Source: Planctomycetota bacterium
GTDB taxonomy: Bacteria; Planctomycetota; GCA-002687715; DRQF01
Direction of reading: 5' to 3'
Length of the DNA stretch: 64,000 nt
Assembly (NCBI GenBank): GCA_011369445.1
Contig: DRQF01000189.1
Coordinates: forward strand, 17,626-81,625
Numbering within the stretch: the stretch's first letter is position 1; each line of letters opens with the position of its first letter. The translations under genes were made by a program, and so were the position numbers. This document shows, in pieces, positions 1 to 8,561 of the stretch. Under the pieces are notes generated by a model. It was not told the DNA's origin and did no database searches. It worked only from the letters and a program-made list of their open reading frames with translations.

Positions 1-1508
1 GCGATCTCACCCTCATCCCCTGGGGCAGTGACTCCATCGTTCAGCTCAGCTACTACAAGCACTATCCCTTCTTTCTCGACGATCGCATCGATCTTCCGGA
101 TCGCGACCGTCTCAAGAACCCGGAGGCCTACAGCTTCGGTTTCACACGCGGTGTTCCCTATCCGAAAGGCGAAGGTCCCGAAGGCGACGCTTCCGAGCAG
201 GCCGTCCTGATCGCCTACTTCAATTGGAGTGTGGTGCAGGACATCCTCGACCGGCTGACGAGCGAGTTTCAGCAGAGATACCGCCAGTACTCGTCGGGTT
301 ATCCGTTCCTCTTCGCCGACGATCTGGACACGGTGATCGCCCACAAGGACCGCAAACTCTACGGAACGACACTCGTCGGCGACCATCACCTGAAAGGGCT
401 CCATGACGCGATGGTGCGTGCCCCCGGCCGAGCGGGGCTGCATTACTACCAGTTTCGCGACCACGCCAAGGTCGCCGGATTCGCTCCCGTGAAGAGCACG
501 GGTTGGGAATTGGGGTTCGGCATCGACGAGGAGGACTTCTACGCCGAGGTCTACCGTCTGCGGAATCTGCTCGCGATCTGCGGGTTGATCTCCGCGGGAG
601 TGATCGTGGTCCTCATCGCCTGGTTCTCACGGCGCATCACCGAACCTCTGCGTGTTCTCATTCGGCAGACCGGAGAGATCGCCCGCGGCAACCTCGACAC
701 CAAGGTGGAGATCCAGTCACGGGACGAAATCGGGCTTCTGGGCGATGCGTTCAACACGATGGCCGAAGACTTGAAGGCCTCGAACAAGAAGCTCATCCAG
801 GCGGAGAAGACGGCGGCCTGGCGAGAGATGGCGCGACAGGTCGCCCACGAGATCAAAAACCCGCTCACCCCGATCAAGCTCTCGGTGCAACTGGTCGAAC
901 GGGCCTATCGAGACCAACACCCCGACTTCGACAAGATCCTCGCGAGGAGCGTCAGGAACGTGACGGAGCAGATCGAGTCGCTGCGCCGCATCGCCTCCGA
1001 CTTCTCGGCCTTCGCGTCGTTCCCGAAACGAGACCTGAAACCCCACTCGCTGAAGCGCATTCTCGAAGACACTCTCGCTCTCTACGAGAACCGGGAGGGC
1101 GATGACGTCGAGGTCCGCATGGAGACCTCTCTTGACGAGGATGTCTCCATCGTCGTCGACAAGGACGAACTGGCGCGGGTCTTCTTGAATCTCTTCAACA
1201 ACGCCTTCGAGGCCATGCCCGAGGGCGGCACGCTTTCGGTCAGTTCCTACGTCTTGGAACGCGGAGACGGACCGGTGGTGGAAATCCGCGTGAAGGATAC
1301 GGGCCGCGGCATCTCGCAGGAGATCGCCGACCGCCTTTTCGAGCCGTACTTCACCACCCGCTCCGGTGGAACGGGGTTGGGGCTCGCCATCGCGAAGAGG
1401 ATCGTCGAGGGCTACGGGGGCGAGATCCGCATCCAGTCCGCCCCCGGTGAGGGCACCACCGTCATCATCGTCCTCCCCATCCACCGTCAGGACACGCCGG
1501 ACGCCTGA
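1..1508 (+). CDS. Sensor histidine kinase, 5' end outside window (extracytoplasmic sensor - TM - HAMP - HisKA - HATPase_c)
   Basis: Frame 3 is open from the window edge (DLTLIPWGSDSIVQL...) and runs into listed ORF 231..1508, so the GTG at 231 is internal. TM helix LLAICGLISAGVIVVLIAWF, H-box AHEIKNPLTPI, N-box FLNLFNNAFEAM, G1 VKDTGRGI, G2 GGTGLGLAIAKRIV. Confidence 0.9.
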   Translation, partial: DLTLIPWGSDSIVQLSYYKHYPFFLDDRIDLPDRDRLKNPEAYSFGFTRGVPYPKGEGPEGDASEQAVLIAYFNWSVVQDILDRLTSEFQQRYRQYSSGYPFLFADDLDTVIAHKDRKLYGTTLVGDHHLKGLHDAMVRAPGRAGLHYYQFRDHAKVAGFAPVKSTGWELGFGIDEEDFYAEVYRLRNLLAICGLISAGVIVVLIAWFSRRITEPLRVLIRQTGEIARGNLDTKVEIQSRDEIGLLGDAFNTMAEDLKASNKKLIQAEKTAAWREMARQVAHEIKNPLTPIKLSVQLVERAYRDQHPDFDKILARSVRNVTEQIESLRRIASDFSAFASFPKRDLKPHSLKRILEDTLALYENREGDDVEVRMETSLDEDVSIVVDKDELARVFLNLFNNAFEAMPEGGTLSVSSYVLERGDGPVVEIRVKDTGRGISQEIADRLFEPYFTTRSGGTGLGLAIAKRIVEGYGGEIRIQSAPGEGTTVIIVLPIHRQDTPDA

Positions 1509-1796
1509 TTTGCCGACGGGTTGTGGTCCCCAGAAACGCTCCGGGGTTTCCGGGAACGGTTCTTCTTGAGTGCTGCCCTCGTGGGCTCCGGTGTCTGTTC
1601 TTGACACCCCACTCGTTCCTTCTTTCTTGATCTGGATAGACTCAATCCATCCTGAGGGCTTTCGCCGCTCTTGGAGCTCTCCATACCGCTGGATTGCCCC
1701 CCACCCAATCAGCTCGCAGTGGTGGTCAACGGCGTCGTGGTGAGATACTGACGCGGCCCCGTCTGTCGGGAAGTGAGAGCGTAGGAGGGAAGGGGC

Positions 1797-4271
1797 ATGT
1801 CCCGTTTCACGGGAAAAGTTATGAATTCATGGCGCACTTCGCTGATCCTCGTGATGGTCTTTGGAATGCTGGGCATTCTCTTTCTCTTCCTCCGCGACGA
1901 GCCCGTAAACGACGAAATCCGACATGCCGACGCTCAGTCGACGACGTCGAACCCGAACCCAGCCAGGCATGCGAAACAGGAGTCAGATCGACAGGCCGAC
2001 GAGGGCATGGCTCGGTCGACCCCATCCCCTGGCTCCTTCATCGTCGAGGGTCGTGTCGTCGACGACTCCGGCCGCGCTCTGGCCGGGGCGCCAATTCGCC
2101 TTGTGGAAGCGGGACGTCGCGATCCGGCAGTCGCCCTGCGCACCATGCCCGCCCTCATCTCCGCCATTCGACAGCACGAACGCGACATCGCCAGTATCGA
2201 ATCCGACTCGCGAGGTCGCTTCCTCCATCGATTGGAAACACCCGTCCTTTTCCGTTTGCATGTGGACCTTCCAGGTTATCGGCCGTACGAATCAGCAACG
2301 CTTCGGGTTTCAAACCATCACCGCAGAGAACTCGTCGAGATCCGCCTCAGTGAAAGTACTGATCGCGATTGCATCGTGGAGGACCTTTCTCAGCGCCCGC
2401 TCAGCGGAGTGCGTATCGACTACGTGGTTCCACCGACCCCCTTCGCTGGGCCCGGAGGAGGTCATCCAAGCCTGATCTCGACAACCAGTGATGAGGAGGG
2501 GCGTTTTCGGCTTCGCGCTTACGGCAGCCGGGAACCACCGGAAGGAGCCTATATTCGCCTTTCGAAGCCAGGATACGTTGCGAGAATCCACACGCTCGTG
2601 GTGGACGTCCCGGCGATGGATCGCGACGGCCGATTCCATTTCGTCCTGCTCAAAGGGCGGCATTTCGATGTTCGTTTCGTCCCGCGCTCGGGCACTCTGA
2701 AAGGACCTCTCACATTCACCCTGGCCATGACCGGCGCGGGTTCTTCCTTTCATGCCGGAGGTCGATCGGACGAGAAAGGACTCGCAGGGCTCGATGGGCT
2801 TCCGTCGGGAAAGGAGCTGCGCATTCGTCTGCTCGACGATGACTGGTGCGTTGCGGCTCCCGAGGGCCCAACGACCAGATGGGACTCGACCATCGGCTTT
2901 GCCTTCGCCATTCCAGAGGAGGGAGACGTCAAACTCGTCGTTGATGTCGTTCCGACCAAGCGGATTCGAGGACGTCTGGTGGATATCGATTCGGGGGAGG
3001 GTGTGAAGAACGTGGGTCTTGTCTGGGGTCGAGGCTTGGAGTGGGACGTCATGGCTGGAATCGCCGGCCAGTGCGTCACCGACGACCTGGGAGACTTCGA
3101 GCTCCACGGTATCGGCTCGCTTCCCACCCAGCTCATGATCCTCACTCCCCAGTGGCGTCTTGTGGCGGGCGCGGATCTGCATGGATCGCTTGCCACCGCC
3201 GACGCGCTCGGAGCTGAGATCACTCGGGCCGGCACTCATGGGACGAACTCTGGGGACGCAAGACCGCTGTTCCTCCGTATGCTTTCGCCTTTGATGCTCG
3301 AAGCCGAACCCCCACCTGACGATGTCACTGTCCCCTTGACCATCTTCGTCCGCCGAGAGGCTGAGTACCGTGGACGGGTTCTCGGCCCCGACGGAATCCC
3401 GATAGAGGGAGCTTCTGTCACACCGAACTGGAGAAATCACTTTCGAGAGCTGACGGTCGTCGACCATCTGAGGCTGAAGTCGCATTGGAAAGTGCGATCG
3501 GGCCCGGACGGCCGCTTTCGAATCGCCACATCGGGAGCGAGAGGCAGCATAGTGGTTCGTCATCCAGGGTACGCGACCAAGAGGATCGAGCTACAAGGGG
3601 CCCCGGCAGAACCCCACGACCTCGGCGACATCGTGCTGTCGGAACTGGTCCCGGTCGAGATTGCGGTCGCGCGAGAAGACGGCACAGGTATTCCCGGAGT
3701 CCACTTGCAGGTCCGCCCAGGCTCTCAGCTTCAATTCACCGAACGCGCCGACTACCGGTTTGCCACAACCGATGAGAGCGGGCGGGCACAAGTTCTGCTG
3801 CCGCATGGACCTGCCTCTGTTCAGTGGTCCTTTCCCGTGCGGGAGGACCGCCTCATTCCCGCCCCCTCGACTCTTCGCGGCTTCGACGTAAGAGCGCCCA
3901 AGACCGAAGTGTCGCTTCGCTTCACGCGAGGCCACCTCTTACGTTGCACAGTGGTCGACGAGTCGGGGAGACCGGCAGCGCACTTCACGCTCACGATCGT
4001 TCGACTGGACGACCAAGGAAACGTCGTGCCGGGCAAGTTCCCTGTCGGCGCCGTCATCCAAGGAGGCTATGCCATGGGGACGTTGACGGATGCCGGAGGA
4101 GGCGCCCAGCTTCTGGTTCCCTTCCCCGGACGGTATCGGGTCGTAAGCGGCAACACCTCCCGTCCGAGCGCCCTACAGGCAGGGATGTCGAGCAATCTGG
4201 AATTCCTGAGCGACACCACCTTGATCGCCGACGGGCCGCCGACTGTCATTCGCGTTCGCGGAGGGCTCTGA
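1797..4271 (+). CDS. Membrane-anchored protein with multiple carboxypeptidase-regulatory-like (Ig-like beta-sandwich) repeats, function unknown
   Basis: ATG preceded by AGGAGGGAAGGGG. N-terminal TM helix SLILVMVFGMLGILFLFL. Recurring motifs GRVVDDSGRALAGAPIRL, GRVLGPDGIPIEGASVTP, CTVVDESGRPAAHFTL are typical of the CarboxypepD_reg fold. No catalytic motif recognised. Confidence 0.7.
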   Translation: MSRFTGKVMNSWRTSLILVMVFGMLGILFLFLRDEPVNDEIRHADAQSTTSNPNPARHAKQESDRQADEGMARSTPSPGSFIVEGRVVDDSGRALAGAPIRLVEAGRRDPAVALRTMPALISAIRQHERDIASIESDSRGRFLHRLETPVLFRLHVDLPGYRPYESATLRVSNHHRRELVEIRLSESTDRDCIVEDLSQRPLSGVRIDYVVPPTPFAGPGGGHPSLISTTSDEEGRFRLRAYGSREPPEGAYIRLSKPGYVARIHTLVVDVPAMDRDGRFHFVLLKGRHFDVRFVPRSGTLKGPLTFTLAMTGAGSSFHAGGRSDEKGLAGLDGLPSGKELRIRLLDDDWCVAAPEGPTTRWDSTIGFAFAIPEEGDVKLVVDVVPTKRIRGRLVDIDSGEGVKNVGLVWGRGLEWDVMAGIAGQCVTDDLGDFELHGIGSLPTQLMILTPQWRLVAGADLHGSLATADALGAEITRAGTHGTNSGDARPLFLRMLSPLMLEAEPPPDDVTVPLTIFVRREAEYRGRVLGPDGIPIEGASVTPNWRNHFRELTVVDHLRLKSHWKVRSGPDGRFRIATSGARGSIVVRHPGYATKRIELQGAPAEPHDLGDIVLSELVPVEIAVAREDGTGIPGVHLQVRPGSQLQFTERADYRFATTDESGRAQVLLPHGPASVQWSFPVREDRLIPAPSTLRGFDVRAPKTEVSLRFTRGHLLRCTVVDESGRPAAHFTLTIVRLDDQGNVVPGKFPVGAVIQGGYAMGTLTDAGGGAQLLVPFPGRYRVVSGNTSRPSALQAGMSSNLEFLSDTTLIADGPPTVIRVRGGL

Positions 4272-4297
4272 GAGAGCCGTGCCCAGCGATGTGCCAT

Positions 4298-4341
4298 CCT
4301 CGCCCTCTTCATCATGTCTTCGTGACTCCGCGAGAAAAAAA
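4298..4341. repeat. Imperfect ~45-bp direct repeat copy 1 (tandem octamers CTTCGTGA-CTCCGCGA followed by an A7 run)
   Basis: Aligns by eye with 4468..4512: shared CCTC..TTC..TGT..C-CGTGACTCCG-Y-GAGA-A6/7. Lies in the convergent spacer between the CDS ending at 4271 (+) and the CDS ending at 4566 (-). Confidence 0.7.
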
Positions 4342-4410
4342 TGACCGGGCGCACGGGGGACGACTGGAGCCGACGTTCTCCGGGGCGAGGGCGTCCCGGC
4401 TCCAAGAGGG

Positions 4411-4421
4411 CTCTCACGGAG
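4411..4421. repeat. Inverted partner (CTCTCACGGAG) of the octamer repeat in copy 2
   Basis: Perfect 11-nt reverse complement of CTCCGTGAGAG at 4496..4506. TCACGGAG (4414..4421) is also complementary to the first octamer at 4488..4495. Confidence 0.75.
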
Positions 4422-4467
4422 ATGCAGAGGCGCGGAGGGCACGACACGTCGGCGAACGACGCCCGTT

Positions 4468-4512
4468 CCTCCGGCCATTCTTTGTGCCTCCGTGACTCCG
4501 TGAGAGAAAAAA
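4468..4512. repeat. Imperfect ~45-bp direct repeat copy 2 (tandem octamers CTCCGTGA x2 followed by an A6 run)
   Basis: CTCCGTGA at 4488..4495 and 4496..4503, then GAG and AAAAAA. See copy 1. Confidence 0.7.
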
Positions 4513-4565
4513 CGGAATCCTCGCCGGGGGGCTCGGGTGGCGGCTGAAGCCGCCGGTCCAGGAGG

Positions 4566-5069
4566 CTACTTGTAGGTGCGGCCGGCGTGGCGGAGCCAGC
4601 CGGCGCGGTGGCGACCACGGGGGTCGTGGTGAGTCCAGTGGACGACGCCGCCCCGATCGTTCCATTCGTACTGGCCCTGGAACGCCACCCGGTCACCGGG
4701 GTGGATCGGGACACGGGGCGCCAGATCGATGTTGTGCGCGACGAGGACCGTACGCCCCGACTGGAGGAGGAGAATGAACCTCTGGTGGCGCGCGCCTTCC
4801 CTGTCGTCGGGCAAGATCTTGGTCACCGTGCCCTCACCCGACACGGCGACGCCGGATTTCCCGGCCTCGGCCGCCGCCTCCAAGGCGGCCGCCCCCGGCG
4901 CGAGGTCGGAGCGCATCTCCGCGAGGACTTCGGTCTGGGTCTGGGAGTCGCCGGCGGTGCCCGTGATCCTGGGACGGATGTACTTCTTGTAGGCGAACAG
5001 AAGCAAGATCGCCACGAGGGTGATCCCGTAGCGTTTGATCTTCGAAGTGCCTCGTCCGTGTGGGCTCAT
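4566..5069 (-). CDS. DUF3465 family protein with N-terminal membrane anchor
   Basis: C-terminal GTVTKILPDDREGARHQRFILLLQSGRTVLVAHNIDLAPR...YEWNDRGGVVHWTHHDPRGRHRAGWLRHAGRTY matches my memory of DUF3465. TM helix ITLVAILLLFAY. I prefer the ATG at 5069 because the listed GTG at 5111 overlaps the upstream gene by 26 nt. Confidence 0.8.
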   Translation of the reverse strand: MSPHGRGTSKIKRYGITLVAILLLFAYKKYIRPRITGTAGDSQTQTEVLAEMRSDLAPGAAALEAAAEAGKSGVAVSGEGTVTKILPDDREGARHQRFILLLQSGRTVLVAHNIDLAPRVPIHPGDRVAFQGQYEWNDRGGVVHWTHHDPRGRHRAGWLRHAGRTYK

Positions 5070-5085
5070 GGGCTCTGCTTTCGTC

Positions 5086-7530
5086 TCAGTCAAACAGCGG
5101 TTCCGCGTCACGCACGCCGTCGACGCGCCACGGAGTCCAAACGACGACCATGTCGTCGACGCGAATGTCGGATTTCCTCGGCCGGATCACCTTGGAGTCC
5201 AAGTCGAGCAAATCCACGTCGTAGGCAGCGCGTACGGCAGCCGCGTCCTCCTCGAATTGAGCCTCCAACTCCTCCACCCGAGGCCTGAGAGACTCCAAGG
5301 TCTCAAGCGCCCGAGAGACGTCGCCGGACTCGCGGGCGGCGCGCCCCAAACCTCTCGCCGCAGTCGCGGCACGGCCGATGTTTCCGCGACTGGCAATCTT
5401 CCGGCCGAAAAGGGCCCCCAAGAGAGTCGTTCCGAAGGAGATGGCGGTTTGGACTTTCTGCTGCTTCAGCTGGGAGCGTTCCCGTTCGACCTTCTGCTCG
5501 GCGCGACGAATGCGATCCTGGAGACGCGCCAACTTCGGCCCATAGCGCTTGCGTAGCTTCTCGATCTCGAGGTCGCGCTTCTCCCGGGCGGCCTGGGCGA
5601 GCCGAACACGGAAGTCGCCTTCGGACTCGCCGGGTTGCGACACCTGCTTCAGCTTCTTGCACTTGAAGATCTTGATGTCCCGTGTCTTGTAGACGTGGTC
5701 CTTGAGGAGGCGACGCCACCGTTTCACGCCGGAAGCTTTCTGCGCGTCCGCGGGCAGGGGGGCGAAGGCCGCTCCCTCTTCGGGAGTGTCCTCCAAGTCC
5801 TCGATGGCGCTCGGTGTCTCTTCCTCGTCCGCCCAAGGATCCAGCTCGTCCTCGTCATCCAGAGGGCAGAAGATCCGCTCCTGTCGCCATTCATCCACGC
5901 CGTCGCGGGAGGAGATGAAATGTTCCTGCGCCAGTCCGAGCAGGGAGGGGCGATACACGAGTTCGCCCTCCTTCTCTACCGGACGGGAAAGGGGAATGAA
6001 CCTCACCTTCGTGTCGGCGGCCACGGGTGGCGGACCCTGCGATTCGGGGGCGTCCGCTGTCGAAGCCGCGGCAACGCCCACGGGAGCCTTCCGACGAGCC
6101 GCCGGCGGTGTCGCCTTCGCCGCGCCGTCCATGAGGCGACGAATCTGCTCGCGAGTGAGAGGGCCCCTCAGATAGGACATGGCCCAACGAGTGTGCAGGA
6201 GCACCGGTCCATCGTCGTGAACGTTGTTCACGAGGAACTGACGGGATTGCAAACCGGAGAGGATTCGCTCCGTCTCCCCGCGATCGAAGGCGGCTCCCGT
6301 GGAGGCGGAGGCTCCCTCCAGACCGTCGAGAATCCTGTTCTTATCCCTCTCGGTCTGAAGGCGTCCGAGAAACCACGTGCCTGCGTTGGAGATGGCCTTG
6401 TAGTCGAGATCAACCGGGTTCTGCGTGGCGAGCACGCAGCCCAAACCGAAAGCGCGCGCCTGCTTGAGCAGGGTCAGAAGAGGCCTCTTCGACGGTGGAT
6501 TGGCGGTCGGCGGCAGGTAACCGAACACTTCGTCCATGTAGAGGATGGCGCGGAGTGACGTCGTGCCCGACTGCCCGCGCATCCACGCCACGACCTCATT
6601 CAAGAGATAGGTCACGAAGAACATGCGCTCTTCGTCGGAAAGGTGCGCGATGGAAAGGATGCTGACGCGAGGTTTCCCGGTCTCTGTCCAGAGCAAGCGT
6701 TGGACGTCCAGGGACGGCCCCTTGAGCCACGCACCGAAGCCCGGGGAGGCAAGCAGGTTGTTCAACCTCATGGCGAGCGCCATGCGATCGCCTGAAGGAA
6801 AGAAGGCGTCGAGGGGGAAGACCCCCACCTGCTGGAACGGCGGAGATGCCACCCCCTGAATCAAACTGGCGATGTCGAGATCTTTGCCAGCGCGCCAGGA
6901 GTCCTCGAGCAACTTCGACACGAGGATGTGTTCGCGACTTTGCAGGGGGTCCGCGGCGATGCCGACGAGGGCGAGCAGTCCCGAAGTGGCCGTCAGGATG
7001 CGGTCTCTGAAGGCCTCTTCGTTACCGGCGAGCTCCGCCGAAGGTGCCTGGAACGAACCCAGGATGCTGATGGGAAGACCGGCGTCGCTTCCCGGCGTGT
7101 AGATGGCGAAGTCCGCCGCGGCGCGAAGCCTCCGAATGCGGTCGCCGTCCTGGCCCCACTCGCCCAAGCCCTTCTGCCAGGTCTTGGCGATCTGTGCGGC
7201 GAACTGATCCTCGGTGAGCCCTTTCCGCAAGGCCTCTCCCGGATCGACCCAAGGACGAAAGTCCTCGGGCCTAAGATCCGGGAAAGTCAACAGCAGGTTG
7301 CCGAGATCGCCTTTCGGATCGATGGCGAGGACGGGAATGCCGTCCAGCGCCGCCTCCTCCAGGAGTGACACGCACAGGCCCGTCTTTCCGCTGCCCGTCA
7401 TGCCCACGCACACCGCGTGAGTTGTCAGGTCCTTGGCGTCGTAGAGATAGGGATCGGGGCCAGGGCGTCCGCCCACGGCGTCGATCGAACGTCCCAGATA
7501 GAAGGAGGCCAGCTTCTCGAAATCCTGCAT
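5086..7530 (-). CDS. HerA/FtsK-superfamily (YjgR/DUF853-like) P-loop ATPase with a long uncharacterised C-terminal half
   Basis: ATG start. Walker A GMTGSGKTG, Walker B ILYMDEVF, then ATQNPVDLDYK. The C-terminal ~340 aa carry an acidic patch DDEDELDPWADEEE, a K/R/E-rich coiled-coil-like stretch and a hydrophobic helix TAISFGTTLLGALFG. Confidence 0.85.
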   Translation of the reverse strand: MQDFEKLASFYLGRSIDAVGGRPGPDPYLYDAKDLTTHAVCVGMTGSGKTGLCVSLLEEAALDGIPVLAIDPKGDLGNLLLTFPDLRPEDFRPWVDPGEALRKGLTEDQFAAQIAKTWQKGLGEWGQDGDRIRRLRAAADFAIYTPGSDAGLPISILGSFQAPSAELAGNEEAFRDRILTATSGLLALVGIAADPLQSREHILVSKLLEDSWRAGKDLDIASLIQGVASPPFQQVGVFPLDAFFPSGDRMALAMRLNNLLASPGFGAWLKGPSLDVQRLLWTETGKPRVSILSIAHLSDEERMFFVTYLLNEVVAWMRGQSGTTSLRAILYMDEVFGYLPPTANPPSKRPLLTLLKQARAFGLGCVLATQNPVDLDYKAISNAGTWFLGRLQTERDKNRILDGLEGASASTGAAFDRGETERILSGLQSRQFLVNNVHDDGPVLLHTRWAMSYLRGPLTREQIRRLMDGAAKATPPAARRKAPVGVAAASTADAPESQGPPPVAADTKVRFIPLSRPVEKEGELVYRPSLLGLAQEHFISSRDGVDEWRQERIFCPLDDEDELDPWADEEETPSAIEDLEDTPEEGAAFAPLPADAQKASGVKRWRRLLKDHVYKTRDIKIFKCKKLKQVSQPGESEGDFRVRLAQAAREKRDLEIEKLRKRYGPKLARLQDRIRRAEQKVERERSQLKQQKVQTAISFGTTLLGALFGRKIASRGNIGRAATAARGLGRAARESGDVSRALETLESLRPRVEELEAQFEEDAAAVRAAYDVDLLDLDSKVIRPRKSDIRVDDMVVVWTPWRVDGVRDAEPLFD

Positions 7531-7546
7531 GAATCAGACTCGTCGA

Positions 7547-7954
7547 TCAGTGCTTGATGGTGGGTTCCATGGTCTTCGCAGCCTCGATCCAGCCGGCCAC
7601 GACGGACTCCGCGGGAGTCGTCTTGGCGAGCTTCTTCTCCTGATTGATCTCAAGGGCCTTCGCGGCCAGGTTGGCGGCGTTGCGATGGCGCAATTCCTTG
7701 ACGGTATCCACGCCCGCGGCTTCGAGGAGTTCCGCATACTGAGGACCGATGCCTGAGATCCGCATGAGGTCGGCGTGGTTCGCCCAGGTCAGGATGAGCT
7801 TCTTCGAAACTCCCGTCTTCTCCGCAATCTCTTCACGTCCCTTCGGTTCGCAGCAGTATTTCAAAAGGTCGTCCGTCGTCATGATGCCGGCGGCGGTGAG
7901 CTTTTCCCGATACGCCGGACCGATGCCTTCGATCTCGTCGATCTTGTAAGCCAT
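7547..7954 (-). CDS. DUF4332 domain protein (tandem helix-hairpin-helix-like)
   Basis: MAYKIDEIEGIGPAYREKLTAAGI...MRISGIGPQYAELLEAAGVDTVKEL is the characteristic DUF4332 pattern. AAGGAG lies 8-9 nt upstream of the ATG at 7954; the listed ATG at 7960 is too close to the SD. Confidence 0.8.
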   Translation of the reverse strand: MAYKIDEIEGIGPAYREKLTAAGIMTTDDLLKYCCEPKGREEIAEKTGVSKKLILTWANHADLMRISGIGPQYAELLEAAGVDTVKELRHRNAANLAAKALEINQEKKLAKTTPAESVVAGWIEAAKTMEPTIKH

Positions 7955-7984
7955 AGTCATTTCTCCTTTCTTGGGTCGAGGGGG

Positions 7985-8392
7985 TCAGTCGAGAAGTTTG
8001 CCAAGGTCCGGGAGGCTGCTTTTCAGCTTGTCCACGAGGCCGTCACCGGCCTTGTCCTTGACGAATCCGATAAAGGTCTGAATGAAGGGGCCGACTTTGC
8101 CGGCGTCGAGGCCCGAACCGACCAACGTCCCCAAAAGGCCACCGGCTCCCGAGCCGCCCCCCATGAGTGAAGACGCCGCTCCGGTCAAGCCTCCGAGGAG
8201 TCCGCCTCCCGAAGAGCTCTCGGCGCCGGCTTCGGCGAGGCCCGCGAGGTCCGGGATTTTGCTGGTCAGTTCGCTGAAATCGCCGGATGGCAACTTATCC
8301 TTCAAGGCGCTCATGAGTCCTCCGGTGGCCGCTTGGGCCGTCCCGGCATCGACACCAAGTTTTTCGGTGACGAGAGACAGAAAATCGCTCAT
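7985..8392 (-). CDS. DUF2780 family protein (Gly-rich central linker)
   Basis: The internal ATG at 8392 gives MSDFLSLVTEKLGVDAGTAQAATGGLMSALKDKLPSGDF...GKVGPFIQTFIGFVKDKAGDGLVDKL, the pattern I associate with DUF2780. SD ACGGAGAA lies upstream. The listed 5' extension to 8629 is Arg/Pro-rich and overlaps the divergent gene. Confidence 0.75.
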   Translation of the reverse strand: MSDFLSLVTEKLGVDAGTAQAATGGLMSALKDKLPSGDFSELTSKIPDLAGLAEAGAESSSGGGLLGGLTGAASSLMGGGSGAGGLLGTLVGSGLDAGKVGPFIQTFIGFVKDKAGDGLVDKLKSSLPDLGKLLD

Positions 8393-8561
8393 GGATATTC
8401 TCCGTGGGTGGAAACGAGGGGGGCGCGACAAATGAATTGACCCGCGATTCTGTCTCATCGGCCAGCGCCTGCCAAGTGGGATGAAGGAGGGGGCGTCGTC
8501 AGGTCGGCATGAACCTCTTACACTCCACTCGCTCCGCCCGACTGCCCCAGGGAGACGAAGT

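Noticed and set aside
4298-4512. Could the repeats be a CRISPR array?
   Set aside because: There are only two imperfect copies about 170 bp apart plus one inverted partial copy. The repeat/spacer periodicity is not regular, and there are no cas genes in the window.
4067-4714. Minus-strand ORFs in the convergent spacer (4067..4714, 4173..4478, 4414..4665) and the two SD-ATG starts at 4478 and 4315.
   Set aside because: I did not call them CDS. The products are Arg/Pro/Ser-rich, overlap each other in different frames, and run antisense into the 3' end of the CDS ending at 4271. The SD-ATG pattern is kept only as part of the repeat finding.
5086-7530. Calling the HerA-like ATPase operon a known anti-phage defence system.
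   Set aside because: No effector typical of described HerA-associated systems (Sir2, DUF4297-type nuclease, etc.) is adjacent. The ATPase looks more like the YjgR/DUF853 branch. I kept it as an open candidate only.
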